36,970 bases of DNA from IMG/VR virus record IMGVR_UViG_3300035660_000042, positions 1 through 36,970 of that record; one strand, written 5' to 3'. Both the position numbers and the translations under genes were made by a program. This document shows, in pieces, positions 26,913-36,233 of this stretch. The notes beneath the pieces were generated by a model. The model saw only the letters and a program-made list of their open reading frames with translations. It made no database searches and had not been told where the DNA came from. This DNA is from a virus. Taxonomy: Duplodnaviria; Caudoviricetes. Position 1 is the first letter of the stretch, and each line of letters starts with the position of its first letter.

Positions 26913-27746
26913 ATGGGAAAAACAATAAGGACGCATAGAATAACTAAAGAAGATGAGGATGCTGACGAAATTCCAGCAGAAGAAGTTAAACCAGAGGAAG
27001 AAAGAAAGAGATATATGAAAGAAGACGAAGATGAGGACGAAGGCGGAAGAAAATTGAGAAAACCCTGCAGAAAAGAAGATGACGAAGACGAAGAAGTAAA
27101 GCCAGAGGAAGAAGCAACAAAAAGAAAAGTAAGAAGAATAGATGGAAAATTAGTTAAGGAAGATGAGGATGAGGACGAAGATGACGAAGATATGCCAGAA
27201 GAAGAATTAACACCAGAAGATATAGACGAAGCAAAAAGACTTAAACGAAAAAGAAGAAAGATGCGAATGAAAGGCGAGTTAGGAGGAGAAAATCCACAAG
27301 AACAGGCAGAAGCCGCAGGAACAAGTGCATCTACAATTACACCATCACCTTTAACACCAAGCCCACCACAGCACATTTATGTGCCACCAACAGGAGTAGT
27401 TGGAGAAAGAATGGGAACAATAGGCAGTATTGCAACAGGTCAAGCACCTTCAGAAGTTAGTTATTCAGGCAAATCAGTTAATCCTGATTTATTGAAAAGT
27501 CCTTTATTTGTTGAACTATCTGGACAATTAGAAAACTTGCAGAAAGCTTTTAATAAGAAATTAGAAGCAGTAGAAAAAAGCGTTTCTAATAGGATAGTAA
27601 ATTTACAGAAATCCATAGGACAGGTTGAAAAATTCTATAACCAACCTTTCTACAAAGCAATAGACGAAGGCTTTGGTCCTGAAGGAATACAGAAACAAAC
27701 AATTACTCAGCAAATTAAAGAAGGAAAAGTAAGATTTAGTCAATAA
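26913..27746 (+). CDS. putative capsid scaffolding protein
   Basis: Highly acidic with a C-terminal coiled coil; directly upstream of the MCP. Confidence 0.65.
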   Translation: MGKTIRTHRITKEDEDADEIPAEEVKPEEERKRYMKEDEDEDEGGRKLRKPCRKEDDEDEEVKPEEEATKRKVRRIDGKLVKEDEDEDEDDEDMPEEELTPEDIDEAKRLKRKRRKMRMKGELGGENPQEQAEAAGTSASTITPSPLTPSPPQHIYVPPTGVVGERMGTIGSIATGQAPSEVSYSGKSVNPDLLKSPLFVELSGQLENLQKAFNKKLEAVEKSVSNRIVNLQKSIGQVEKFYNQPFYKAIDEGFGPEGIQKQTITQQIKEGKVRFSQ

Positions 27747-27775
27747 TCAATAAATTAAATCAGGAGGTTAAAAAA

Positions 27776-28969
27776 ATGGAAGAAGACAGATGTGACTTTA
27801 GAAAAGCATTTGTAGGTTATTCAGGTGGAACTCTACCAGAGAAAATGGTAGTATGTGACGGAAGAAACAGATATGATTTAAGAAAATCTATTTGCGCAGA
27901 AATTGGATTTAGTGATGATGGAGTAGATTGGAGTTCGCTTGGTAAGGAAACTTCTGCGATGCCACAGACATTACGAATGAACTTACAAAAAGCATTAACA
28001 ACAACATTAGCAACTTATAACGCAGGAACTTTGCCAGTATTGATACCAGTTTATGTAGACCCAGAAATAGTTGATTTGACAAGAAGGGCAACACCTTTAG
28101 TTGAATTAATTCCAAGAGTTACAAACTATGGTAAGACAGCAGACTACAACCAAATAACAGTTATTTCAACAGCACAACCTTTAGCAGAAGATGCGGCTTT
28201 AGGCGAACAAAACGATACTTTTGTCAGAAAGAGTGTAAACGTAAAATATCTTTATTCAGTAGGAAGAGTAACAGGTCCTATGTTTGCAGCAAGTAAGCAA
28301 TATCTTTCAAGTGGAGGATATGTAGATGCTTTAAGTTTAGAAGTCAAGAATAAAACACTTGCCTTAAAAAGACTTGAAGAAGCTATGATTTTGCTTGGAG
28401 ATACAGTAGCAGATTGGACAGAGCCAGTAAATTCAACAGTTGTAACAGCAGTAGTTTCATTTGATGGGTTATATCAACTTATTTCAAATGCAAACAGTAA
28501 TGGATTGGGCGGAAGTTCAAACTATGTAACAGATAACGCAGGAGCAACAATAAGCATTTCAGCAATTAGAACAGCTATACGAACTTGCAGAACAAGAGGC
28601 GGAGAACCAAACTTAGTAGTGACAGATTATGCATCATACGATAACATTAAGGCATTAATACAAGACCAGCTTAGATATGTCTCAACTACTACAATAGCTT
28701 GGGGAATAACTACAGTTAGTTTTGAAGGAATACCTATAATAGCGTCAAGATTTTTGTCTACAACAGCAGGAGCAGGTTCAGGAGTTCCAGCAAACGCAAG
28801 AAGCTTATTTGCTTTAGATACTAATGTCATAGAAATGAGAGTTTTACAAGATGTTAGCTACGAAGAATTGGCAAAGACAAATGATAGCATAAAGTTTATG
28901 CTAAAATGTTATGAAGTTCTTGTATGCAAAGCACCACAGTTCAATCACGTTATTTACGACATAGGATAA
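27776..28969 (+). CDS. major capsid protein (HK97 fold)
   Basis: LIPVYVDPEIVD...TPL, EEAMILLGD, FDGL, FEGIPII, ELAKTND; strong RBS. Confidence 0.9.
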   Translation: MEEDRCDFRKAFVGYSGGTLPEKMVVCDGRNRYDLRKSICAEIGFSDDGVDWSSLGKETSAMPQTLRMNLQKALTTTLATYNAGTLPVLIPVYVDPEIVDLTRRATPLVELIPRVTNYGKTADYNQITVISTAQPLAEDAALGEQNDTFVRKSVNVKYLYSVGRVTGPMFAASKQYLSSGGYVDALSLEVKNKTLALKRLEEAMILLGDTVADWTEPVNSTVVTAVVSFDGLYQLISNANSNGLGGSSNYVTDNAGATISISAIRTAIRTCRTRGGEPNLVVTDYASYDNIKALIQDQLRYVSTTTIAWGITTVSFEGIPIIASRFLSTTAGAGSGVPANARSLFALDTNVIEMRVLQDVSYEELAKTNDSIKFMLKCYEVLVCKAPQFNHVIYDIG

Positions 28970-29080
28970 ACTTAACTTAAACTTTGATTATTTTACTGAA
29001 TGTTTTTATTTTAGTCAGTGGGATATACCCAAAGACAGCAAGGATAGACTTGTATAAATTAAATTATAGGAGGAAAAAAT

Positions 29081-29368
29081 ATGGCAGCAGTAACAGGTTG
29101 CACAACTTACGGAGTAACACCTACACTTGGTAGAAAGTTTTTGTTAGTCAAGACACCAGCAACAGCAGATAGTAATGATACAATTGATGTATCAAGTTCA
29201 GCAGTAACAGGAGGAGAAGTTTTAACTACTTCAGTTGATTGGGTAGTTGTTTGGGATACAACAACTGGAGATGTAGTAACAGCAACAGTATCAGGAACAA
29301 CAATTACTATAGATGCGGCAGGTGGAACAACAAACCATACATACTCTGTGTTAGTTGCAGGAATTTAA
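29081..29368 (+). CDS. small Thr-rich virion protein (decoration-like)
   Basis: Follows the MCP; strong RBS; beta-rich. Confidence 0.6.
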   Translation: MAAVTGCTTYGVTPTLGRKFLLVKTPATADSNDTIDVSSSAVTGGEVLTTSVDWVVVWDTTTGDVVTATVSGTTITIDAAGGTTNHTYSVLVAGI

Positions 29369-29383
29369 AATTTAGGAGGAATA

Positions 29384-29548
29384 ATGGCATTAACATTAGT
29401 AGTTAAATCGTTAGTTATAGACAATAATGTAACAACTGATACAGCAATAGCATCAGTATTAAATGGAGTTGTAACAACACACATTTATTCTGTAACTATT
29501 GTTCCAATATCAAATACTCAAAGCAGAGTGATTATGGTTTATGATTAA
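29384..29548 (+). CDS. small virion protein (54 aa)
   Basis: AGGAGG RBS; Val/Thr-rich. Confidence 0.6.
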   Translation: MALTLVVKSLVIDNNVTTDTAIASVLNGVVTTHIYSVTIVPISNTQSRVIMVYD

Positions 29549-29564
29549 ATTATAGGAGGAAAAA

Positions 29565-29804
29565 ATGGCATCATTAGCATCAGTCTCAAAGAAAGAGATA
29601 ACTGGGCTATTAGGTATGGAAGTCGTAAGAGGAACAGTAACTACTTCTGGCGATACTTTCAATTCTCGTTTTGGGAATATACTTGTAGCTTTGGTTAGCG
29701 ATGAAACTACATTAGGTGGGGCTAAAGTTACTTGGACAGGAAGTTCGGTGGCTATAACTTGCACTAATGGCGATGTAGTTGATTTAATTATCTTTGGACA
29801 TTAG
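29565..29804 (+). CDS. small virion protein, probable paralogue of 29081-29368
   Basis: Similar C-terminal pattern (VT.TGS.VAIT....VDLIIFG vs ATVSGTTITI....SVLVAG). Confidence 0.6.
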   Translation: MASLASVSKKEITGLLGMEVVRGTVTTSGDTFNSRFGNILVALVSDETTLGGAKVTWTGSSVAITCTNGDVVDLIIFGH

Positions 29805-29884
29805 AAAGATTTATTTACTTATTTTTGTTTGTTTATTTATGTTTAAATTTAAGTTAAATGGAATTAAGAAATTAATTTTTAGAA

Positions 29885-30193
29885 ATGGCAAACCAAGCGA
29901 TAGTGGAAACAGAGAAAAATCTACCAAGAGGAAGTGTAGAGATTGTTCCAACAAGGCAGACAGGAAGAGAAGACAAAGTCTTGTTGTCACCCACACAAGA
30001 TATTTTAACTGATAAACGAAGAGCGCATTATGGAGATGACGAAAATAAAGGAAATCCAAGAGGCGAAAATATTAAATTAGAAAATGTTAATGATATAAAA
30101 ACAAAAGTTAATATTACAAGAGACCAAGTTATTCAAGGAGATAATTCTGATACTGGACACACTACTGGTTTTGGTAGAGCTTGTGTTCAATAG
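29885..30193 (+). CDS. hypothetical protein
   Basis: ORF in the head module. Confidence 0.55.
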   Translation: MANQAIVETEKNLPRGSVEIVPTRQTGREDKVLLSPTQDILTDKRRAHYGDDENKGNPRGENIKLENVNDIKTKVNITRDQVIQGDNSDTGHTTGFGRACVQ

Positions 30194-30240
30194 AAAATGT
30201 TTATATATCAATAAATATTTATTATTTTATAGTAGTTAAA

Positions 30241-30645
30241 ATGGCAAAAAGTAAATATATAAGAACAGAAGAACATAAAAAAAATTTAAGTCTTGCTATG
30301 AAAAGATTATGGCAAAATTCTGAATATAGAAAATATATGTCTGAAATTCATAAAGGAAAGATACCCTCAAATGCTTTTCAAAAAGGACATAAAAGTTGGA
30401 ATGCGGGATTAAAAAATCAAAATTATAAAAAAAGATTTACAGTTTTTAATGGAAAATTTATGTTAAAAAGCCACGCTATTTGGATGCAATCAAATCACTT
30501 TTACAGAATACCAGAAAGTTTTTGTATACATCATCTTGACTTAAATCCTGAAAATAATAGCCCAGAAAATCTTGTATTACTACCGCACAATTTTCATACA
30601 AGTCTACATCATCAGATTTCTAAAATATTAAAGCAAAATATTTAA
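30241..30645 (+). CDS. free-standing HNH endonuclease with NUMOD3-like N-terminus
   Basis: RTEEHKKNLS; IHHLDLNPENNSPENL...H..LH. Confidence 0.85.
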   Translation: MAKSKYIRTEEHKKNLSLAMKRLWQNSEYRKYMSEIHKGKIPSNAFQKGHKSWNAGLKNQNYKKRFTVFNGKFMLKSHAIWMQSNHFYRIPESFCIHHLDLNPENNSPENLVLLPHNFHTSLHHQISKILKQNI

Positions 30646-30697
30646 ATATCAGAAAATACTTATAAATTAGCCAAGAGGCAATCAATCCAAGAGGAAA

Positions 30698-31438
30698 ATG
30701 GTATATACATTAAAATACATAACATCTGCAACTGATGTTTATACAAAAAGCGGACTTATCGTAAGCGATATAGATTTAACTTCTAATGATTATCAGTTAA
30801 TTAGCGAAAGCGAAACAGAATTAGAATTAATTACTGGAAGAAAATTTACTAACGGAAATGCTATAACAGAATATCTTGATGGAAGAAAAAAAGATATTTT
30901 AGGAATAAGCGGACAAAAAACAACTACAATAAATCTTTCTAACTATCCTATTCAAAGCATAACTGAATTTAAGACATTAAATACAGATATGAGTGCAAAT
31001 ACAACTTTTGGAACATTAACATCAGCTCAAATAGTAGCAGGAACTTATTATACAACAGACTACTGGCTTGATGTTATGGAAGACCCAATAAATAATCTCA
31101 TAATTCCTTATGGAAAAATTACTTTAAAAGTTCAAGAATTTCCAGTAGGAAGAGACAATATTAAAGTGGCTTATACTTATGGCTATTCAACAGTTCCAAC
31201 TGCAATAAAGAATTTAGCAGTATGCTTTGCTACAATTAGAGCTTGGATTAGCTTTCTTGGAGGAAAATATAATTTTTTAGAAAGTTACTCAATACCTCAG
31301 CAAAGTGTAAGCAAAGGGGCTTTATACGATAGAGGTATGATTATGATTAATCAATTAACCGAAGAAGCAAATAGATTATTAGATAGAATAGGGAGAAAAC
31401 CACGCACTGTCTTTTTTAGTAGCGGAGAAGAGCGCTAA
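30698..31438 (+). CDS. head-tail adaptor (gp6/gp15-like)
   Basis: ELELITGRKF, NYPIQSIT, NIKVAYTYGYSTVPTAIK. Confidence 0.8.
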   Translation: MVYTLKYITSATDVYTKSGLIVSDIDLTSNDYQLISESETELELITGRKFTNGNAITEYLDGRKKDILGISGQKTTTINLSNYPIQSITEFKTLNTDMSANTTFGTLTSAQIVAGTYYTTDYWLDVMEDPINNLIIPYGKITLKVQEFPVGRDNIKVAYTYGYSTVPTAIKNLAVCFATIRAWISFLGGKYNFLESYSIPQQSVSKGALYDRGMIMINQLTEEANRLLDRIGRKPRTVFFSSGEER

Positions 31439-31502
31439 GTGAAAAATTATTTAAAGAACAAAATATATTTATAATAATACCCAAGAGGGTTAGGAGAAAA
31501 AA

Positions 31503-32066
31503 ATGCCAAGAGGAATATATAATCATTATAAGATTAAAGGAGAAAATAATCCATCTAAAAGAAAAGATGTGAGAGAGAAGATAAGTCTTAAATTATCTGG
31601 TAGGATTATTTCTGATAAAACTAAAAAAATATTAAGTAAAATCCAAAAAGGATTACATAGAAATCCAGAAACAGAATTTAAGAAAGGACAGAAACATACT
31701 CAAAATTGGAAAGATAAAATGAGTGAAATACAGAAAAAAAGGTGTAAAGAAGGGAAACATAATTGGTGGAAAGGTGGAATTACAGAATTAGAATATAACA
31801 TAAGACATTCTTTACAATATAGAAAATGGAGAGATTTGATTTTTATAAGAGATAATTATATTTGCCAAGATTGCAAACAAATTAAAAATAGATTAAATGC
31901 ACATCACAAAAAATCATTTGCCAAAATATTACAAGAAAACAACATTAAAAATTTTGACGAAGCTATAAATTGTCAAGATTTGTGGAATATAAATAATGGA
32001 ATTACTCTTTGTGAAGAATGTCATAAAAAAACTGATAATTATTTACTTAAAGCGAGGTGGAAATAA
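31503..32066 (+). CDS. free-standing HNH endonuclease with NUMOD3-like N-terminus
   Basis: WKGG, RDNYICQDC...LNAHH...NGITLCEECH. Confidence 0.88.
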   Translation: MPRGIYNHYKIKGENNPSKRKDVREKISLKLSGRIISDKTKKILSKIQKGLHRNPETEFKKGQKHTQNWKDKMSEIQKKRCKEGKHNWWKGGITELEYNIRHSLQYRKWRDLIFIRDNYICQDCKQIKNRLNAHHKKSFAKILQENNIKNFDEAINCQDLWNINNGITLCEECHKKTDNYLLKARWK

Positions 32067-33161
32067 TGACAGGAACAGGCGTTGTTGTAGATGACTATAA
32101 TCAAATACAAAACGATTTTAAAAGAACAGTAAGTTACAAAGCTGTAACTAAAAGTGTAGATGGAGTAGGAAACGAAATATCTACTTATGCAAGTTCAAGT
32201 GGTTGGTGGCATAGCGGAGAACCTGTCGGATATTGGAAAATGAATGAAACAAGTGGCAATGCTTCTGATAGTTCTATTTATGGAAAGAACGCAAACAATA
32301 CAAACTTTGAATTTATTGCAGGAAAATTAAATAATTGTGCAAGTGCAACAACATCTACAGCTAATTTTAATATAGGAAATTTTGATATATATAATTTAAC
32401 TGGTAGTTTTACAGTTACATTTTGGGTTAAAATTCCTGCTTTAGAACACAATTACGAAATTCTTACGAGAGGTTCAGGGGGTTTTCCGAGCAATGGTGAG
32501 TGGCATATTATAATTCATTCTTCAAATAGAATAAGATTTTATGGGGCAGATAATACAGGCGATAGCACAGGATTGCCTTTTTATTCAACTGGAGCAATTA
32601 GTTCAAATGTATGGAACAGAGTTGTTTTAACAAGAGATGCAACAACATCTACCGATAGTATGAAATGGTATATAAATGGTTCTTTAAATTCAACATTAAG
32701 TTTTTCAAATACACGTAATTTTTCAGGAAATGGACAATCATTAAGAATGGGGAATTTTTTATATAGCGATACATTAGGACTTAAAATTGATGATATCCAA
32801 TTTTGGAATGGAGTTGTATGGAGTGCAAGTGATGTAACTTATGATTTTAATAGTGATACAGGAAGAGAGTTAGATGTTCCTTTGCCTACGACTATAGACT
32901 TAATTTTCTTTAGGGAAGATTGCAGATATATTTTTGACAAGCAAGGGTTATTACAAGTAGGAGATGCCTATGTTATGGCACCTACAAGTGTAGGAATTAA
33001 ACGTTATGACCAATTCACTGTAGATGGATTTACTTACTATATTGAAAATATAATTAGGAGATATGCACTTGGAACTGCAATTTTTGATTATGGTGTAGCA
33101 TTTTTAGTTCAATAAATAAAATGAAAAAACTGATAATTATTTACTTAAAGCGAGGTGGAAA
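32026..33161 (+). repeat. 38-bp direct repeats (32026-32063 and 33124-33161) flanking the head-closure/LamG gene
   Basis: AAAAAACTGATAATTATTTACTTAAAGCGAGGTGGAAA occurs twice. Confidence 0.9.
32066..33115 (+). CDS. head-closure-like protein with an inserted LamG domain
   Basis: Flanks (FKRTVSYK...GNE; GLLQVGDAY...VDGFTYYIE) resemble head-closure proteins. The middle (about 32201-32885) carries LamG motifs. Confidence 0.7.
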   Translation: MTGTGVVVDDYNQIQNDFKRTVSYKAVTKSVDGVGNEISTYASSSGWWHSGEPVGYWKMNETSGNASDSSIYGKNANNTNFEFIAGKLNNCASATTSTANFNIGNFDIYNLTGSFTVTFWVKIPALEHNYEILTRGSGGFPSNGEWHIIIHSSNRIRFYGADNTGDSTGLPFYSTGAISSNVWNRVVLTRDATTSTDSMKWYINGSLNSTLSFSNTRNFSGNGQSLRMGNFLYSDTLGLKIDDIQFWNGVVWSASDVTYDFNSDTGRELDVPLPTTIDLIFFREDCRYIFDKQGLLQVGDAYVMAPTSVGIKRYDQFTVDGFTYYIENIIRRYALGTAIFDYGVAFLVQ

Positions 33162-33163
33162 AA

Positions 33164-33580
33164 ATGATAGACGAAAAAACAAAAAACAAGATATTAGAAG
33201 AAATAGGAAAATTAGTAAAAGGAAAAGCAATTAGACTATGTCCTATTGATATGGGACATTTAAGAGCAAGTTTGCAGTATAAGATAGAAGGAGACAAAGT
33301 AATTATCTTTACAAATTTATCTTATGCTAAAGATATGGAATATGGAAAACCACCAGAGAAATTAAGCGAAGAAGAGAAAGAAGATGTAGCACAATGGGCA
33401 AAAAGACATCAGCTTCCAGCTTTTCCTGTGATTAGAAAATTAGAAACAAAAGGAATAGAAGTAGGAACTGCGGAAAAGCCTTTTGAAACTAAAGGAAAAA
33501 CATTTAGACCTTTTTTGCGTCCTGCTATATATCAAAGCATTCCAGAAATTAAAAATATAGTTAAAGATATATTAAAATAA
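33164..33580 (+). CDS. HK97 gp10-like neck/tail-completion protein
   Basis: CPIDMGHLRAS, YAKDMEYG, RPFLRPA. Confidence 0.85.
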   Translation: MIDEKTKNKILEEIGKLVKGKAIRLCPIDMGHLRASLQYKIEGDKVIIFTNLSYAKDMEYGKPPEKLSEEEKEDVAQWAKRHQLPAFPVIRKLETKGIEVGTAEKPFETKGKTFRPFLRPAIYQSIPEIKNIVKDILK

Positions 33581-33628
33581 GAAAATATTTAAATAGTCAA
33601 AAATATTTATTATTATATAGTAGTTAAA

Positions 33629-34150
33629 ATGGTATTTCAAAAAGGTAAAAAGCCATATATAATGACAGAAAAAATTAGAAATAAAATAAGAATTGCTTTA
33701 ATTGGAAATAAAAATAATTTAGGAAATAAATTGTCAGAAGAAACAAGAAAAAAAATAGGACAAGCAAATGCTATTGCATTATTAGGGCATAAACATCCAG
33801 AAAAATGGAAAAAACAAATGAGTAAAAGAATGAAAGGAAATAATTATGGTTTTAAGAAAGGACAAATATCTTGGAATTACATAGATGGAAGAAGCAAATT
33901 ATTAACTCCTGCAAGATATGGAGATGACTGGGATAAAATTAGATATTTAGTTTACTTGAGAGATAGATTTACTTGTCAGGATTGTGGAATTAAAGGAGTA
34001 AGATTAGACATACATCATAAAATTCCTTTTTTAGTTTCATTTGATAATTCATTAAATAACTTGATAACTCTATGTGGTTCTTGCCACAGAAAAGAGGAAA
34101 CAAGAATTATGAAAGAGTTTAAAAGACAGGAGGTAATAATCCTACGGTAA
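33629..34150 (+). CDS. free-standing HNH endonuclease with NUMOD3-like N-terminus
   Basis: LSEETRKKIG; RDRFTCQDC...HHKIP...N..NLITLC.SCH. Confidence 0.88.
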   Translation: MVFQKGKKPYIMTEKIRNKIRIALIGNKNNLGNKLSEETRKKIGQANAIALLGHKHPEKWKKQMSKRMKGNNYGFKKGQISWNYIDGRSKLLTPARYGDDWDKIRYLVYLRDRFTCQDCGIKGVRLDIHHKIPFLVSFDNSLNNLITLCGSCHRKEETRIMKEFKRQEVIILR

Positions 34151-34821
34151 CTTTAGAACTACAAAATATAAGAGAAGAAATATGTATGTTACTTAGAAAT
34201 AGTGATATATTTACTACAACAATTAGAGGTGTAACTACAAAAACAGATAATTTCACTGCAACAGCAGGACAAACACAATTTACATTAACTCAAACAGCAG
34301 TAAAGAACATTAGAAGTTTAACTGTAAATAGTGTGCCTAAATATTTCATTAACAATTATATTATAAATTGGACAACTGGAGTAGTAACTCTTTCGGTAGG
34401 AGCTAATTTAAATGACCCAGTTGCTATTCAGTATGATTATGGAAGTGGAGATAAGATTTATCCAGACTATCCAAGAAGCGATTTAACATTAACTTCCTTT
34501 CCAAGAATAGGAATGGAAATAATATCATCTACTACAAGTCCTTTAGGATTGGGCGGAACAACACACATAAGCGATTTAGTAGTTCAGATATTTTTATGGA
34601 TGCCTATAAATAAAGATGTAAATATAGCAGGAGGACTTGGAGGAACAAAAGATTTAAACGATTATATGAGTGATATAAGAAGTATAATACGAACAAATGC
34701 AAAGAACCTTTATAGTTTTAGATATATTACTCCAATCGGAACAAGTCCTGTAATTATAGGCACAAATCAAAAGATTATACAAATTTCGCAAGATTTTTCA
34801 ATTAAATTTTTGGTAGAATAA
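34144..34821 (+). CDS. tail terminator-like protein with an extra beta domain; probable ACG start
   Basis: KIYPDYP...FPRIG motif and position before the tail tube. GGAGGT at 34129-34134 precedes the in-frame ACG at 34144. Confidence 0.65.
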   Translation, partial: TVTLELQNIREEICMLLRNSDIFTTTIRGVTTKTDNFTATAGQTQFTLTQTAVKNIRSLTVNSVPKYFINNYIINWTTGVVTLSVGANLNDPVAIQYDYGSGDKIYPDYPRSDLTLTSFPRIGMEIISSTTSPLGLGGTTHISDLVVQIFLWMPINKDVNIAGGLGGTKDLNDYMSDIRSIIRTNAKNLYSFRYITPIGTSPVIIGTNQKIIQISQDFSIKFLVE

Positions 34822-34822
34822 A

Positions 34823-34930
34823 ATGAAAATATATAAACTATATGAAAAGATTATACAAGTAATAGTAGGAATTACAGCTATCCTATTTTTTGCTTGGTTA
34901 ATCAAAATTTTAATTAATGCTTTAATTTAA
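34823..34930 (+). CDS. small single-TM protein (35 aa)
   Basis: Hydrophobic stretch; TAAAATG coupling. Confidence 0.45.
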   Translation: MKIYKLYEKIIQVIVGITAILFFAWLIKILINALI

Positions 34931-34948
34931 ATCAGGAGGTATAAAAAT

Positions 34949-35926
34949 ATGGCACAATATGTAACAGCAGGATGGGGGGCTTATGTAAACTATGGATACG
35001 AAGCAACTTTTGGAAGCGGAGCAGTAAGCGCGAGAACATTTGGAAGAGGAATAAAGATAACTACGACAAGAAGGAATACTATGGAAAGGATTTATGGACT
35101 TGGAAGCAGAAATGCAACAGCAAATGTGGCTAAGAAATATGAAGGAACAGCAAGTGCAGAATTTTTGTTAAGTAATGGAAGTTTTTGGAGAGCAGTATTG
35201 GGAAGTGTAGCAGATGGCGGGGGAGGTCCTTATACGCACACTTATACAGAAACAAATATAATTCCAAGTTTTGCTATTGATACAGGAACAGAATTGGGAG
35301 CAAATGACGAAGTAACAGAATTAAAAGGATGCAAAGTAATGACTTGCACTTTGACAGCCGCAATTGACGAAGTAGTTAAAGTTAGATTAGAATGTCCTTA
35401 TCAAACAGAAACATTAGCAACAAGTGGAATAGGAAGCCAAGTAGCAGAAAGTTCAACAGCAGAAACTTTTACATTCGCACAAGGAATACTTCAATTGCCT
35501 TCAGGAAGCACAATCGGAAATGTTCAGAGTTTTGAACTAACTATGAACAATAGTCTTGAAGGAGTATGGGGTTTGGGAAGCAGAATTAAAACTGCAAGTA
35601 TAGAAAAAATAAGAGAATATAACTTGAGAATGACAGTAGCTTTTAGTGATGTAACAACATTATTAACTAAGTTCTATGGAGCAAGTGGAAATCCTTTAGA
35701 TGGAAATCCAGCATCAACAGCAACTTTAATCTTAACATTTACAAACGGGGGAAGCGGAACAGCAGAAAGAAGTCACGTAATGACTTTAGCAAACATTTAC
35801 TTAGACGAAAATACTTTGCCTAAGGATGTAAATGAAGTAATCAAAGAAGATGTAACTGGATGGGCGCTTAGTGGAACAAGTGTAGTTTATACAGACAATA
35901 CATCAGTAGATGCAGGATACCCTTAA
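34949..35926 (+). CDS. tail tube (major tail) protein
   Basis: YGYEATFG, YTHTY, PSFAI, KGCKV, FELTMNNSL motifs; no sheath gene is present. Confidence 0.85.
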   Translation: MAQYVTAGWGAYVNYGYEATFGSGAVSARTFGRGIKITTTRRNTMERIYGLGSRNATANVAKKYEGTASAEFLLSNGSFWRAVLGSVADGGGGPYTHTYTETNIIPSFAIDTGTELGANDEVTELKGCKVMTCTLTAAIDEVVKVRLECPYQTETLATSGIGSQVAESSTAETFTFAQGILQLPSGSTIGNVQSFELTMNNSLEGVWGLGSRIKTASIEKIREYNLRMTVAFSDVTTLLTKFYGASGNPLDGNPASTATLILTFTNGGSGTAERSHVMTLANIYLDENTLPKDVNEVIKEDVTGWALSGTSVVYTDNTSVDAGYP

Positions 35927-35927
35927 A

Positions 35928-36233
35928 ATGAAAACCAAAGAAATTGAGATAGAATATAATGGAGAAAAGAAAAAAGTAACTATCAAGAAATTAACTTTTG
36001 GAGAGTTAAATCAACTAACAGAAGAAGCAACAGACATAAAAGTAGTAGGCGGACAACCACTTATTAAAGTAAGTCAGAAAGCCTTAAAAGAACTAAGTTT
36101 GCTTAAATCCATAACAAGCGCACCCTTTGAAGTGAATATAACAAACATACAAAACTTAGACGCAGAAGTAGGAAATCAACTGTTTGAAGAATTTACTTTG
36201 CTTAATCAAATAACGGAAAAAAAAATCTCGTAA
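35928..36233 (+). CDS. tail assembly chaperone (G-like)
   Basis: Between tube and TMP; VTIKKLTFGE; ends EKK on an A9 run. Confidence 0.8.
   Translation: MKTKEIEIEYNGEKKKVTIKKLTFGELNQLTEEATDIKVVGGQPLIKVSQKALKELSLLKSITSAPFEVNITNIQNLDAEVGNQLFEEFTLLNQITEKKIS

Noticed and set aside
26913-27250. Acidic GAAGAT/GACGAA repeats as a DNA element
   Set aside because: Explained by low-complexity Asp/Glu coding in the scaffold-like protein.
19615-34150. Group I introns or inteins hosting the HNH genes
   Set aside because: The HNH ORFs lie between intact genes with their own promoters, and I saw no ribozyme core or intein splice motifs.
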